Below, piece by piece: positions 13,912 to 25,855 of a stretch of 64,000 nucleotides of DNA (positions are counted from its first letter, which is position 1; every line of letters starts with the position of its first letter). The stretch is from Octopus sinensis. Its lineage: Eukaryota. Made by a program: the position numbers and the translations under genes. The stretch is taken from the NCBI RefSeq assembly GCF_006345805.1, contig NC_043002.1, positions 65,472,001-65,536,000 of the forward strand, given 5' to 3'. The notes under the pieces were generated by a model, which worked only from the letters and a program-made list of their open reading frames with translations, did not search any database and had not been told where the DNA came from.

Positions 13912-16900
13912 ATGAAACACGTGAGACGAAATTGCCACAGAAGTCAAACACCTCGGACAAAACCTTAAATGAGGACATACTCAAAGAACTGAAAAATATT
14001 AATTCACAGCTTCTTAACCTGAACAACAAAATCGAGGAATCACTTACTCGCCCGTGAAAGTAAAAGCAGAAGATGCAACCCGATACACTGACCAGGTGAG
14101 TAAGGATCTACAACTGTTATATACAACACTGAACTCAATTTTCATCAACAAATCCGAAAATAATACACAGGCACCTAATGAAACACAGCAGGACACCATA
14201 CGCACCCAAACCAACCCAACAAAAGAAAATAGGAAACGTTTGGAATACAAACCTGCACAACAGAAAACTCACCTTCTGGAACATGATAAAAAATTCCAAC
14301 AAAGCAGATATCTACGAGGGATGGATAAACTCAACACCAATTATCCTCCCACGCAAATTCCAGATAAAATTAATTCCTAACGAGCCTGACGGACAGAGAT
14401 CTATTAGAGAAAAGTCAGCTCTGTTCAATTTTAAATCAGAAATAGACCTTCTAAGACTCAGGGCCTCCACAAATGAAGAAAAACTTAAAAGCATAGACGA
14501 GGAGATGCACAATCTAATACTAAAACATACCGAGGGACAACTCCTCGATAATACATTGGATCACTGGAAGGATTCCTGTGAGAGAGAAGAGAGAAATTCT
14601 CTCCTACGCTGGGAGAAAAACATGGACTTCTTCCAAAAATATAGTGAAGCCTTCAAAAATGAATTGGGTACAAATAATCCCTTCCTTAAGAAAATTACAA
14701 TAAATAAAAAAGAAAAACCTAACAACCCACGAACAACCCCCAACTATCCTCCATACACTAAAAACAGAAATCACCCACAACCAACCTTTACAAACCACGC
14801 TAGACTTAACAGGGAACTAGCTGAAAGAGGACGCGTCTATGAAAGAAATTACAACCAAAAACAGAACAACCAACAACATCCTAATACCAGACCCAACCAC
14901 CATACAGCACAATACGACACTAGGATAAGGAATACCCACACGCAATCATCTACTACTACCCCATGAACCCAAACTACTGGTCCCCACTAAACACAAGACA
15001 AACGCAAAGAAACACTATGTCAAGCAACACCCCACATACAAGAAGTTCGAAACCAAATATTCCCATACAGAAATTTTTACACACACCACACACAAAGCAT
15101 TACACCATAGATTCCATAGACACACACACACAACGATCGGAGGCAACAATAACCACCACCACTCCCCCGACCAATGCCACACAACCTCACAGACAACTCA
15201 TACAAACAAAATTACACCCAACATTTTTTAGCCAGGGACCAGGGACACCAGGACACAGGCTGGAACCTAGTAATAAGGAAAAACCGAAGATAATCAATCT
15301 TTCACCAAACCTCTTTCTAACATAAAAATTGACATCCTCGCAAAGGCTCAAATTTCACCAACTCCACGCAGAGCAAACCTAAATGAACTCAAGGATATAT
15401 AACAGATTTTGCAGAAAATTAAGACTAGCAGAAGCATCAAACAGTTTCAATACTGAAGATGAATCACTAGTCAAGAACAAAAGTGAACACATCCCACACA
15501 GAGGAAGAAATAAAGATCTTGACGAATTCTGTAACCACATTGAGAACTTCCCCTACCATACTATACATAAACAGAAAGCTAACCCAAATTTTAACACTAC
15601 GCAATGGAAAGAACTGATAGAACTCCAAAATGATGAAGATATAACCATTAAGGAAGCGGACAAGGGAAATGCAGTTGTAATAATGGATACATCATACTAC
15701 AGAAATCTTGTAATTTCCTTGCTTGATGAAGACCTACATTATGAAAAAATTACCAACTACACCCCACAAAAAATAATGAAAACTCTATCTTCACTAATTA
15801 AAACCCATGAAAAGGAACTGACAACCAAATAGATTGATTTCCTAACAAACTTTAAATGCAAACCTAGCCTTTTCTATGGTCTGCCAAAAATTCATAAAAG
15901 TCAAATTATAAATGAAACCATTAAAAAATCACCAAAGACATACATACACACACCTAATCCGGGGGACCTAAAACTACGACCCATTGTAGCTGGCCCAACT
16001 TGTGAAACACACAGACTAAGTCTACTTATGGACATCCTCTTGAAACCCTTCCTTAAACATATCGATAGCCATATCAGAGATGACTTAGATATGTTAAACC
16101 ACCTTACAAAAAAAACCAAGGAAGAAACAATCCTGGTTTCATTTGATGTAGTCAACTTGTATACCAGTATACCTCATAATTATGGACTGGAGGCAATACA
16201 ATTCTGGTTAGACCAATTTCCGGAAGAAATACCAAAAAGGATCAGTAAGGAATTCATTACTAAATCAATTGAATTCATCCTACACAATAACCACTTCATG
16301 TTTGACAATACATTTTACCGTCAAAAATCCGGAATTGCTATGGGTACAAGGGCAGCACCAGTCATTGCGAACTTAACAATGGGATACATGGAAATAATCA
16401 TTTACCAGGAATCTCTATCAATCTTTGGAAACTCCCTCTCTCAATACATAAAAGAGAATTGGAAACGATTCCTAGACGATTGTTTCATTCTCTGGAATGA
16501 AAACATAGATAAACTCCTAAAATTTAAAAACCTATTGAACAGCATAAACCCAAATATACAGTTCACAATGGAATACAACCAAAAGGAGCTCCCGTTCTTG
16601 GATATACTAATTAAAAAAATTAACCTTAAAATAGAAACAGACATTTTTACAAAGCCACAGACGCCAAACAATACCTTCTTTTTAATTCATGCCACCCAAG
16701 ACACACTAAAACAAACATCCCCTTCAACCTTGCAAGAAGGATATGCACAATAGTGTCAGAACAAAATACCAGGAACTTTAGACTGCAAGAACTCAAAAAC
16801 ACCCTAATTGACAGACATTACCCAGCTCAACTCATAGAGGATGGGATCAGACGTGCAACAGAAATCAACATAGAAACTTTAAGAAAAGTTCAACACAACA

Positions 16901-17547
16901 ACACACCTTCCCCGAAAATACTACCTTACATATCTACATACAACCCCAGAAACAAAGAAGCCTTCACCATCATCACCCAGAATTTACCAATACTTCATAA
17001 AAACCCAAAATTAAAGGAAATTCTAAACATACACCAAATCATTAAAAGCTACAAACAGCCTAAATCACTTAAAAAGATTCTCACAAAGGCAAAATTGTCT
17101 TCTAAAATTACGGATGCAAAAGTAAAAAAATGTGGTAGATCGAACTGTGCAACATGTCCTAACCTATTGGAAGGATCAGAATTCTTCTTTAAAGAGGGAC
17201 AGAAATTTAAGATCAAATCTGACTTTACTTGTGCCTCTGAAAACATAATTTATGTTATTAAATGCTCGGGCTGCCACCAAGACTACGTGGGTTCCACGGG
17301 ACTATCACTCAGGCGTAGATGCACACTGCATCGACAACAGATTGCATTCCCAGAATATAGAATGATACCTTTTAGTGAGCACATTGAGAAATGCGCAAAG
17401 CAACTACTGCCACAATTTTTAATCTTCCCATTTTACCAATGTGCTTTCGGATCATCAACACAAATGAGACTGAACAAGGAAACATTCTTCATTGAAAAGT
17501 ACAAACCCAGACTCAACCATCCGAACATACTGACACAGAGAAATTAA
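13912..17547 (+). CDS. PLE polyprotein (N-terminal extension + reverse transcriptase + Cys linker + GIY-YIG endonuclease), broken by several frameshifts; start uncertain
   Basis: ORFs 14178-14966, 14963-15325 (KIINLS), 15383-15832 (IKEADKGNAVVIMD), FYGLPKIHK and LRPIVAG, 16028-16753 (SFDVVNLYTSI, GIAMGT, WKRFLDDCF, LPFLD), 16753-17547 (CGRSNCATC, NIIYVIKCSGCHQDYVGST, RLNKETFFIEKYKPRLN). Confidence 0.9.
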
Positions 17548-17697
17548 CAAGGAAAAGGGAAAAAAAAAAAAAAAAAAAAAAATTTTTAGCGATTATCTCC
17601 CTTACACCGGAAGAAATCACTCACTACCTCCCCTTATTTAGAAATCTCCTGGAAATAAAAACAACGATAACTCCATGCAATATAAACATAACGTCAC

Positions 17698-17737
17698 AAG
17701 AAATTTGAAAAGCTACACGCGAAACCGGTAATTTCTT
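17698..17737 (+). ncRNA. Minimal type I hammerhead ribozyme, U3-A8 variant core
   Basis: Identical to 13690-13729; predicted cleavage after GUA at 17730. Confidence 0.8.
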
Positions 17738-18016
17738 TAAAAATTTTAAAATTATGTCATTTTAAGGAAAGGAAAAAAAATTTTTCCAATATTCTCCAGA
17801 CATTTTAACACAAATATATATATTTTTTAACATTTAAGCCTTCTGTCGTTTTTTCACACTTTACTATTTTCTTATATATTCACCCACGTGCTTTACCAAA
17901 CACACTTTCTTATCTATATATATATATATATATATACACATATATATATATATATATATAATATATATGTATATATATGTATATACATATATATGTGTGT
18001 GTATGTATATATATAT

Positions 18017-18095
<79 letters not shown>

Positions 18096-18477
18096 ATATA
18101 GGTACGTACGTACGTACGTGCGTAGGTAGGTTGTTATTATTGTCCGTAGAATAGTAAAATGATAAGGCCTTTCCAATGCCCCACTCAGATGGAACTTGAG
18201 TAATATCGAACCTATATACAAATAATATCGATTATTTATATTTCAACTGGCTTCCGCAGAGTTACTACCAAATTCACTCACAGCGGATTTGTTTGCCCGT
18301 ACCTATAATAGAAACCACTCACCAAAGTTAGCGCGCGTCGGAATTGAACATGAAACCACGATGTTGCAAATCGAGCCTCTTAATCACCCAGTTTACATTT
18401 TATACAAATGGAGACAGTTCGTACCGTTTTGCTTTTCTATAATAGTGTAGTATTTCAAAACAAAAATTTGTTTTTTA

Positions 18478-18892
18478 CCAGGACTGGCTGTGTGGTAAGT
18501 ATCTTGCTTGCCAACCACATTGTTCCGGGTTCATTCCCACTGCGTGGCACCTTGGGCAAGTGTCTTCAACTTTAGCCTCGGGTCGACCAAAGTCTTGTGA
18601 GTGGATTTGGTAGAGGGAAACTGAAAGAAACCCTTCATATATATATATGTGTGTGTGTGCGTGTGTGTGTATGTGCGTGTGTGTGTGTGCATATGTTTGT
18701 GTGTCTGTTTTTTTTCCCCCCAACATCGCTTGACAACCGATGCTGGTGTGTTTAGGGGTTCGGCAAAAGAGACCAATTGAATAAGTACTATGCTTCCAAA
18801 GAATAAGTCCTGGGGTCGATTTGCTCGACGAAAGGCAGTGCCCCAGCATGGCCGCAGTCAAAATGAGTGAAACAAGTAAATGAGTAAAAGAG
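18478..18892 (+). mobile_element. SINE family B
   Basis: Collinear with 6834-7272, including the internal microsatellite. Confidence 0.9.
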
Positions 18893-19345
18893 TTGTTATT
18901 TTAATGACAAGATGTTGAAAATTAATACAGTATATGAACTTCGTTTCATTGCATCGTTTCTATTCACTGCTCTACAATTTCCATAACACGGGTTTTGTTT
19001 GAAATATGCCTTCAGACCTGACACAGCTCTCGCTGTAATCATAAAGAAAATCACGTTTGAAGTTGAAACAGATGAAAATAATTGTTTAACCTCTGTTATT
19101 CAAGTGATTTATGATTCAGAGCAACGTAGCATGGTTGCTAGTGTTATAAGCCAATTTCAAAATGGCGCCCAATTAGATGGCCGCAACTTTTAAAATGTCG
19201 TGGAAATAATATTCATAATAACGAGTAAAACTGGGAGTATAGTGGGGAAGCTTTTAACAATGCTCAAAAGAAAGCTTTTGATTAGCAATACAAGATTAAT
19301 TGGATAAGCAAATACAGTAATGTATGATGCAAGTATTATTCATTA

Positions 19346-19911
19346 CTAGGTTGTCCGGAAAATTCCTGCCGATTTATAGTAGCTTACATTTCGACTTATT
19401 TTAGAACATGGTTGAGTTCATAAAATAGGATTTGACTACACCTCCATTTAGAACACAGTTTAAGCTATCTTTTCGTGGAAGAAGGTTTATGTTCCTATAA
19501 CCTGTGTTAATTCTGTAACCCTTTAAAATGAAAGATAAGAAAGTTCATTTTCGGCACTTGATGATTTGGGAACCAGACAAAAATTGCAGCAGCTCGGCTG
19601 GGATGTGTTATCTCACCCTCAATATTCACCAGATATTGCTCCTTCAGTTTTCCACTTATTCAGGTCTCTGCAGAATAGTCTTAATGGTAAAAATTTCAAT
19701 TCCATGGATGACGTAAAACGATACCTTGATGAATTCTTTGCCATGAAACCACCTCAATTCTGGGAAGAGGGTATTTTCAAGTTAAAGGAAAGATGGAGAC
19801 GCATTGAGCAAGAAAATGGTTCATATTTGGTTGATTAAAGATGTAATGGCAAGTATTTATTGACCTTTTTCTTTACATTAAAACTCGGCACGAATTTTCC
19901 GGACAACCCAA
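19346..19911 (+). mobile_element. Internally deleted mariner element
   Basis: TIRs GGTTGTCCGGAAAATTCCTGCCGA / TCGGCACGAATTTTCCGGACAACC with TA flanks; N-terminal MKDKKVHFRHLMIWE joined to C-terminal LGWDVLSHPQYSPDIAPSVFHLF..ERWRRIEQENGSYLVD*. Confidence 0.92.
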
Positions 19912-20233
19912 TATATAGAACTATAGAGATGTTGTGATTTGATTGTTTAACAGATGGATCTGCTTTGTTATGAGTCTTGATTTCGAAGCTATCGTTTGTA
20001 TTTTCATTGTTTTGTGGGGAAAAGGTTTTATTCTACTTTGTCTTATTTCACAAGCGATCGTGAATGCTTGCCAAATAGATCTGCCAATATACACTTTTAG
20101 TCCGAAGCTCGTCAATAGCTTCTTTTTTACTGTCTTGCTGGTTAGCTCCTAAATTAATACGCGCGTGTGATAGGTGATTCCATGTCATGAAACATTTCTG
20201 GCTGATAAGCATTAATTTTCGACCATATTATGG

Positions 20234-20265
<32 letters not shown>

Positions 20266-20367
20266 TATATATATAAATTATAAATTTGAGAAAAAAAAAC
20301 ACTATTATGCAATTCAAACAATGACATAAACCAAATCATAAATGAAAAATAAAATATATTTTTATTA

Positions 20368-20485
20368 AACATATAACTAGATCACAAAAAGTGTAAAAAT
20401 GAATAATCAATATATAAGTTTTTTACTTATTTACTTATTTATATTGATTATTCATTTTTATACTTTTTTTATCTAGTTATATGTT
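20368..20485. repeat. Near-perfect inverted repeat, ~50 bp arms
   Basis: AACATATAACTAGAT..AAAAATGAATAATCAATAT pairs with ATATTGATTATTCATTTTT..ATCTAGTTATATGTT. Confidence 0.85.
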
Positions 20486-20489
20486 GTGA

Positions 20490-21400
20490 CTTCTGAGCAC
20501 CAATTAGCTCGTAGCAGAGGGCTTGGTATTTTCCTGCATTAAATTGGATGTTGTTGTCCTCAGTCCACTTATATGTTGCATGTTGCTCTATCTGTAGAAT
20601 ATCAGCATCAGAAGGTTCCTTGACTGCTTGTACTACTTTTCAGTCGTCGGCATAGCTAGTAAGCGTGGCTGTCTGTGTAAATAGTGGCATGTCTGAAAGA
20701 ACCATCATAAACAGTTGTGGCCCCAGTACACTTCCCTTATGCACTACACTCTCTATTACAGTCTCCTTGAAAGGGGCTCCGCTGGCTGCTACAGCCTGGC
20801 TTCCGTGGTTGCGACTCATGCAACCACTCGCTGATCTTCCCAGTTATGCCGAATCTCCGTAGTTTGTGACATTATCCCCGATCAACATTATCAAAGGCGT
20901 TTGCAAAGTCAAGATATATCACATCCACGTTTGAGCGATTCATTAATTGCTTCAACACCTAGTCATAGTGCTGAAAAAGTTGTGTAAGACGGCATTGTCC
21001 TGAGCGAAAGCCATGCTGGGTGTCAGGGAGCAAGTCATTATTTTCAAGGAAAGCAATTTGTTTCTTCCTGGCAATGCGCTCCATGACTTTACTGACATGG
21101 GAAGTTAGAGAGACAGGTCAATACTTTTAGCATCTGCTCTGATACCTCCTTTATGGACAGGGCATATTATGCCTTCCTTTAACTGTTTGGGAAGTCTCCC
21201 AGTTGTGAGTAACCCCTGGAAGAGAATCTGAAGTGACCTTGCTTGAGCCCCTCTGCATTTCTTAAGGAGGATTGCTGGTAATCCATCAGGGCCTCTGCCT
21301 GAGTTTCAGCTCATTTCATCAATGGCTGATGTCACCTTTAGTTTCCTCTGTTTTGATGCCATCAATAATTGCTATTTCGTTGAGTAGAGCTGTGGGGCCA
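20490..21400 (-). mobile_element. CR1/Jockey-group LINE RT relic
   Basis: Minus strand: PVSLTSHVSKVME, QHGFRSG, VDVIYLDFANAFDNVD, VLGPQLF, SYADD, WTEDNNIQFNAGKY. Confidence 0.85.
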
Positions 21401-21674
21401 AAGCTATTTGCAAGTGTCCCAGTGGAGTGGGACACTGGTATTTCACTGATCCTCTGGAGTTCTGCACTCAGTAAGCAATTTTCTTGGAATAGTGACCCTA
21501 TCTATAAAATGTATGTATGTATGTATGTATGTATGTATGTATGTATGTATGTATGTATGTATGTATACTCATACACACACACATCTATGGTGTATATGTA
21601 GACATGTGTACGGATAACACACTAGGACACATACATATACATATAGACTACATATATATATATATATATATATA

Positions 21675-23669
21675 CAGAACTGGGCGTAAGTTCGTTAATC
21701 CGATAATCGTTAATTAATGAAGTTAACATTCTCGTTAACGATTTAACTTTTAGTTAACTTTAAAAATAATTTCGGACTAATTAACTTCCGTTACATTTAG
21801 CTTCCGTTAACTCAAGTCCGTTAGCCCCAAAATTTCATACTGATTGGTAAACGTTTAAAAGTTTCTATTGTTTTCAGATTGTCTTAGCATTTCTAATATT
21901 GTACGCGTCATTTTTTCCAACCCTTATATAAGGCCACTTATTATAAATAACATGTAGGACTTCGTTTGATCCTGCCTGGATTTGAAACTAAATCCACCCG
22001 CTTGTTGCTTGCAAAGACGGCGGGAAATTCCTTTGTCCTGTCAAGAGGGAACAGTGTTTGATGTGTTTCCACTTGTTCAGTAACCTCGCTCAGGTGGCTG
22101 TCAACAGAGAAAATATTGACTTCCATAAATAAATGGAAGGAAAAAAGTTGGTAAATATTTCGGTGTGAACGCAAATAGCTGTTACGTGGTAGCAGGGCAT
22201 GCTAGGAATAGCAGCCAAATCTTTCCTTTTCTGGAAAAAGGAGCCGTTTACGCGTGATTTCACTGTCACATTCGTTGAAAGCATGCAAAATAACCTGGAA
22301 AAGAAAAAAAAGACACTCGAAACAAAACTCCCTTGGTGGAAACTTCGAGGTCCCCACCACCCTTCCCATCTTTCTTTTCTGGAAAAAAGTGACTTGTGGT
22401 GGGTTTGGAGGTCAGATATGTTGAATGCATCACAAAAAAAAAAGAAACTAGAAAAGAATTGTTCCACACCGAGATACGAAATACTTACCGAAAGAATAAA
22501 ATCTTGTTCCGATTATACCTATATTTTAATTAATTTAAATTAATGTAACTCATTTTGAAAAGTGGCAAAAGTTTTGTCGATTGCCATCTGGGATAATTTT
22601 AGTAACAAATCAAACAGGAAAGATGCATTAAGAATCTCAATTCTAGTGTTTATCCATAATGTTGTTGCTTTTACACCTGTTGATTAAATTTACCTGCCAG
22701 TCAAATTTACTTCGCGTGATCAACTATAAACCAGTGGTATATAAAGTACACACTGACAAAATTTCGAATTCGTATGTAGAAAATTTACAAAGTTACAAGC
22801 AAATATTATGGACGCCCCTCTTGAACCTGAATAATTCAAAATAACGTGAACAATTACGCATTAGATTTGACAGAATAATATGAACACTAAAGATGTTTTT
22901 ATGTGTTTTTTTCTTATACACATACATAACACGGTTTCGTCTCGGTTAAGACTACACGTGAGGTACTTTGATATTATCATTCCATAAAATTTATTTATGG
23001 GGGGATAAATATTGAAAAATATCAATGTATGTGTGAGTGAGAAAGAAACGAGGAGGATTGTTTGGGGATGTGCTTAAAACTACAGGCAGCTCTCCCTTAA
23101 ATCACACATTTTCTTCTGAAATTATTAACAATATTTTTAAAACTGAAAATGTTTTTATCACGGATTTTATGTGCGCTGTGAAAAAAAAATAGCCAAATTT
23201 GTTTCGGACTGGGGTGGTGAGGTGGTGGTGGGAGTGAAAACAAATTTTTATTTTTATTTTTTACTTTTTGTTCGTAGACATTGGAAAATATCTTCGTCAA
23301 AACAGGGAGCTTCCAAATCACGTGGGCCGTCTGATCTGAAACTCCGTTTTCTAGAAACTCCTTCCCGGCCACCAACACCAACACCAGTTCCCTTCCAAAC
23401 ATTTTGCCTACAAAACCTTTGTAATCGTAATCTATATCTTCTCCACCTCCCCTTCTACCCCTTCCTCATCTTCCTCCCCTTCCTCGCCTTCCTCCATTTT
23501 TCTGGAAGTTATGAGGCAACAAGGTCGGCGGGGTATTAAACTGTAGTTATACATTTTTTCAATAAAATTTAATGTAAACGGATTAACGTTAACTTCCGTT
23601 ACATTTTCAAAGAATTAACGGATTAACGATTAACAAAGTTAAATTTTCGATTAACGGTGCCCACCACTC
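21675..23669. mobile_element. Non-autonomous DNA transposon with hAT-like ends and unknown internal sequence
   Basis: Imperfect termini CAGAACTGGGC / GCCCACCACTC; dense subterminal CGTTAA/TTAACG motifs at both ends; TTAACTTCCGTTACATTT at 21781 and 23589; (TA)n flanks. Confidence 0.65.
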
Positions 23670-23694
23670 ATATATATATATATATATATATATA

Positions 23695-23785
23695 TTCTTT
23701 TATTCCTTTATTTGTTTCAATCTTTAACTGCGGCCATGCTGGAGCACGCCTTTAGTCGGACAAATCGACCCCAGTACTTATTCTA
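23695..23785 (-). mobile_element. SINE family B, 3' fragment
   Basis: CTGCGGCCATGCTGGAGCAC..AAATCGACCCCAGTACTTATTC. Confidence 0.8.
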
Positions 23786-24490
23786 GTGTGAGACTAGTGT
23801 ATGTATATAAATATATGCCTCTGTATGTGTGTGTGTGTGTGTGCGTGTTTGTGTGTGTGTGTGGTGTGTGTGTGTGTGTGTGTGTGTGTGTTTATCTATG
23901 GTGAACATGTAGACATGCGTAGAATTAACAGATATACATTCAAGTGTTCTGTGGAAACGGATTCAGTGGTTAAACCGCACACCTTATTTCCATCCACACA
24001 AAACCAAGAAAATCTTAACTAGGTTCAACTGGTTATAACCATTTCATCTAGTATAGCTACGTGTATGTTCTACAATTAGAATAAGAAGCATAAAGATAAT
24101 GATAAAAAAACATCTGAGGGCCCAACACAAAGTCTCTTTATAGTGTTAGTGCAGATGTGACTATCTCTTTAAAATATAAGGCTTCATCCATATTTATAAC
24201 AACCTAAAAATGGTGCCTGGCGAACATTCAGTCACGATTCTGAAAGCTGTAACATTGTTATATGTAGAGATTGTTCGCGATTCTTCTCTGCTAATTTACA
24301 AAATTCAGGACTAGATTTATAATAGATTCTAGTTAGAGGTATTGTTATCAAAATGATCCCAATAATGTATTTTTCATATCAGGAATCTACATACGCACAC
24401 ATACACCTCCCGGTCATACATGAAAATGTTCAAATGTGTATACGTGTTTCATATATATAGCACAATACGGTATCGTAATGTGTACATGTG

Positions 24491-24533
<43 letters not shown>

Positions 24534-25037
24534 GTATACATATATATATATATATATATATATATCAATCTAGCTATATATCTATCTATATATATATACA
24601 TATATACATATAATACATATATATATACACGCACACATTCATACATACATACGTTTCTTCTTGTGTGCATATGTGTATATATTCATATGCATAAATCCAT
24701 ATATTTGCATTAATTTACAAATACACAAATCATGCAAGACTGCAATTTTGTATCAATAAGGCCAATCAAATCAAATGTATGTATGTGTATATGCTTATAT
24801 CACACTATATAGGTATGTGCTCATATATATATATATATATATATAACACATATGTATATATATAACATATATACTTATATATATATATATGTAACATATA
24901 ACATATATACATATATATAACACATAAAATATAATATATATATATATATATACATATACATGTATTCTTTTGTTCTTTAATTTTTTACTGGTTTCAGCTG
25001 TGCGACTGTGGTCATACTGGAGCATCACCACATATAC

Positions 25038-25087
<50 letters not shown>

Positions 25088-25855
25088 ATGCAATCATAAC
25101 TATATATATTCAATATATAAACACGCATTCGCTTATACAAAACTACATACAATCTAACTCACATGAATTTCTACAGTATAATTTTAAAGTCTAATTTGTA
25201 TTCTCTACAAATATCTAACCGTATCAATCCTGTTGATTCCTATTCACAAGGTGAGACCAAGTTGTTGAAGACAGAAAACATCGCCATTTTTATTCGGTGG
25301 AAAGAAGCGTCATAAAGTCCTTGCGAGAAATGCCTTCTTGTACGAAAAACAGAAAAGAGATTAGCGGGACACTCCATCAAACCAATTTTCGTCTTATCAA
25401 TACAGTAAGCATATAAAATTTCAACACAATTTCTTCCTTCATATCTCGATCGACTATATAAAAATTCTTCAAGCAACATACCAACGTTTATATCATTGCA
25501 GTGAAACCTAAATGCTACAAGCAGGAAAAACACGTGACAAGTAACGTCACTAAGGCATAAAGGGAAAAACAACTGCTACGTGAATTATCTTTACAGCATC
25601 CACCATTTATTAGATCTACTAAAGCTGAGATCCATCAATCGACTTCTTTGCAGCCAATATAGTCCACGTGGAAGTCTTGTGATGTTTCTAATAAAACTTT
25701 ATCGTTTTGCCTATATTTTCTAATAAAGTCTGTAGATATATCCTTACTTTTCATCTCTTCTGAATTTTTCAACTTGTAAAGATAATTTATGGACTCAGAG
25801 TATATAAGATACCAAAAAAATTCTAACGATTGAGTTAGTCTCAATACTCAAAATA

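Larger units (their letters stand above)
10702..17914 (+). mobile_element. Penelope-like element locus (Neptune-type): inverted 3' fragment + 5'-truncated copy + ~4.0 kb unit-length copy, in (TA)n
   Basis: 11297-13906 is near-identical to ~15297-17914; 10702-11296 is the reverse complement of the 3' end; RT + GIY-YIG ORF; (TA)n on both flanks. Confidence 0.95.

Noticed and set aside
13912-17547. Selenocysteine-recoding Naiad-type PLE
   Set aside because: The GIY-YIG is C-terminal, breaks are explained by indels rather than in-frame UGA at Cys positions, and no SECIS was recognised
25240-25844. Minus-strand ORFs with protein-like composition
   Set aside because: No recognisable motif or splice structure; cannot distinguish exon from TE decay without a search
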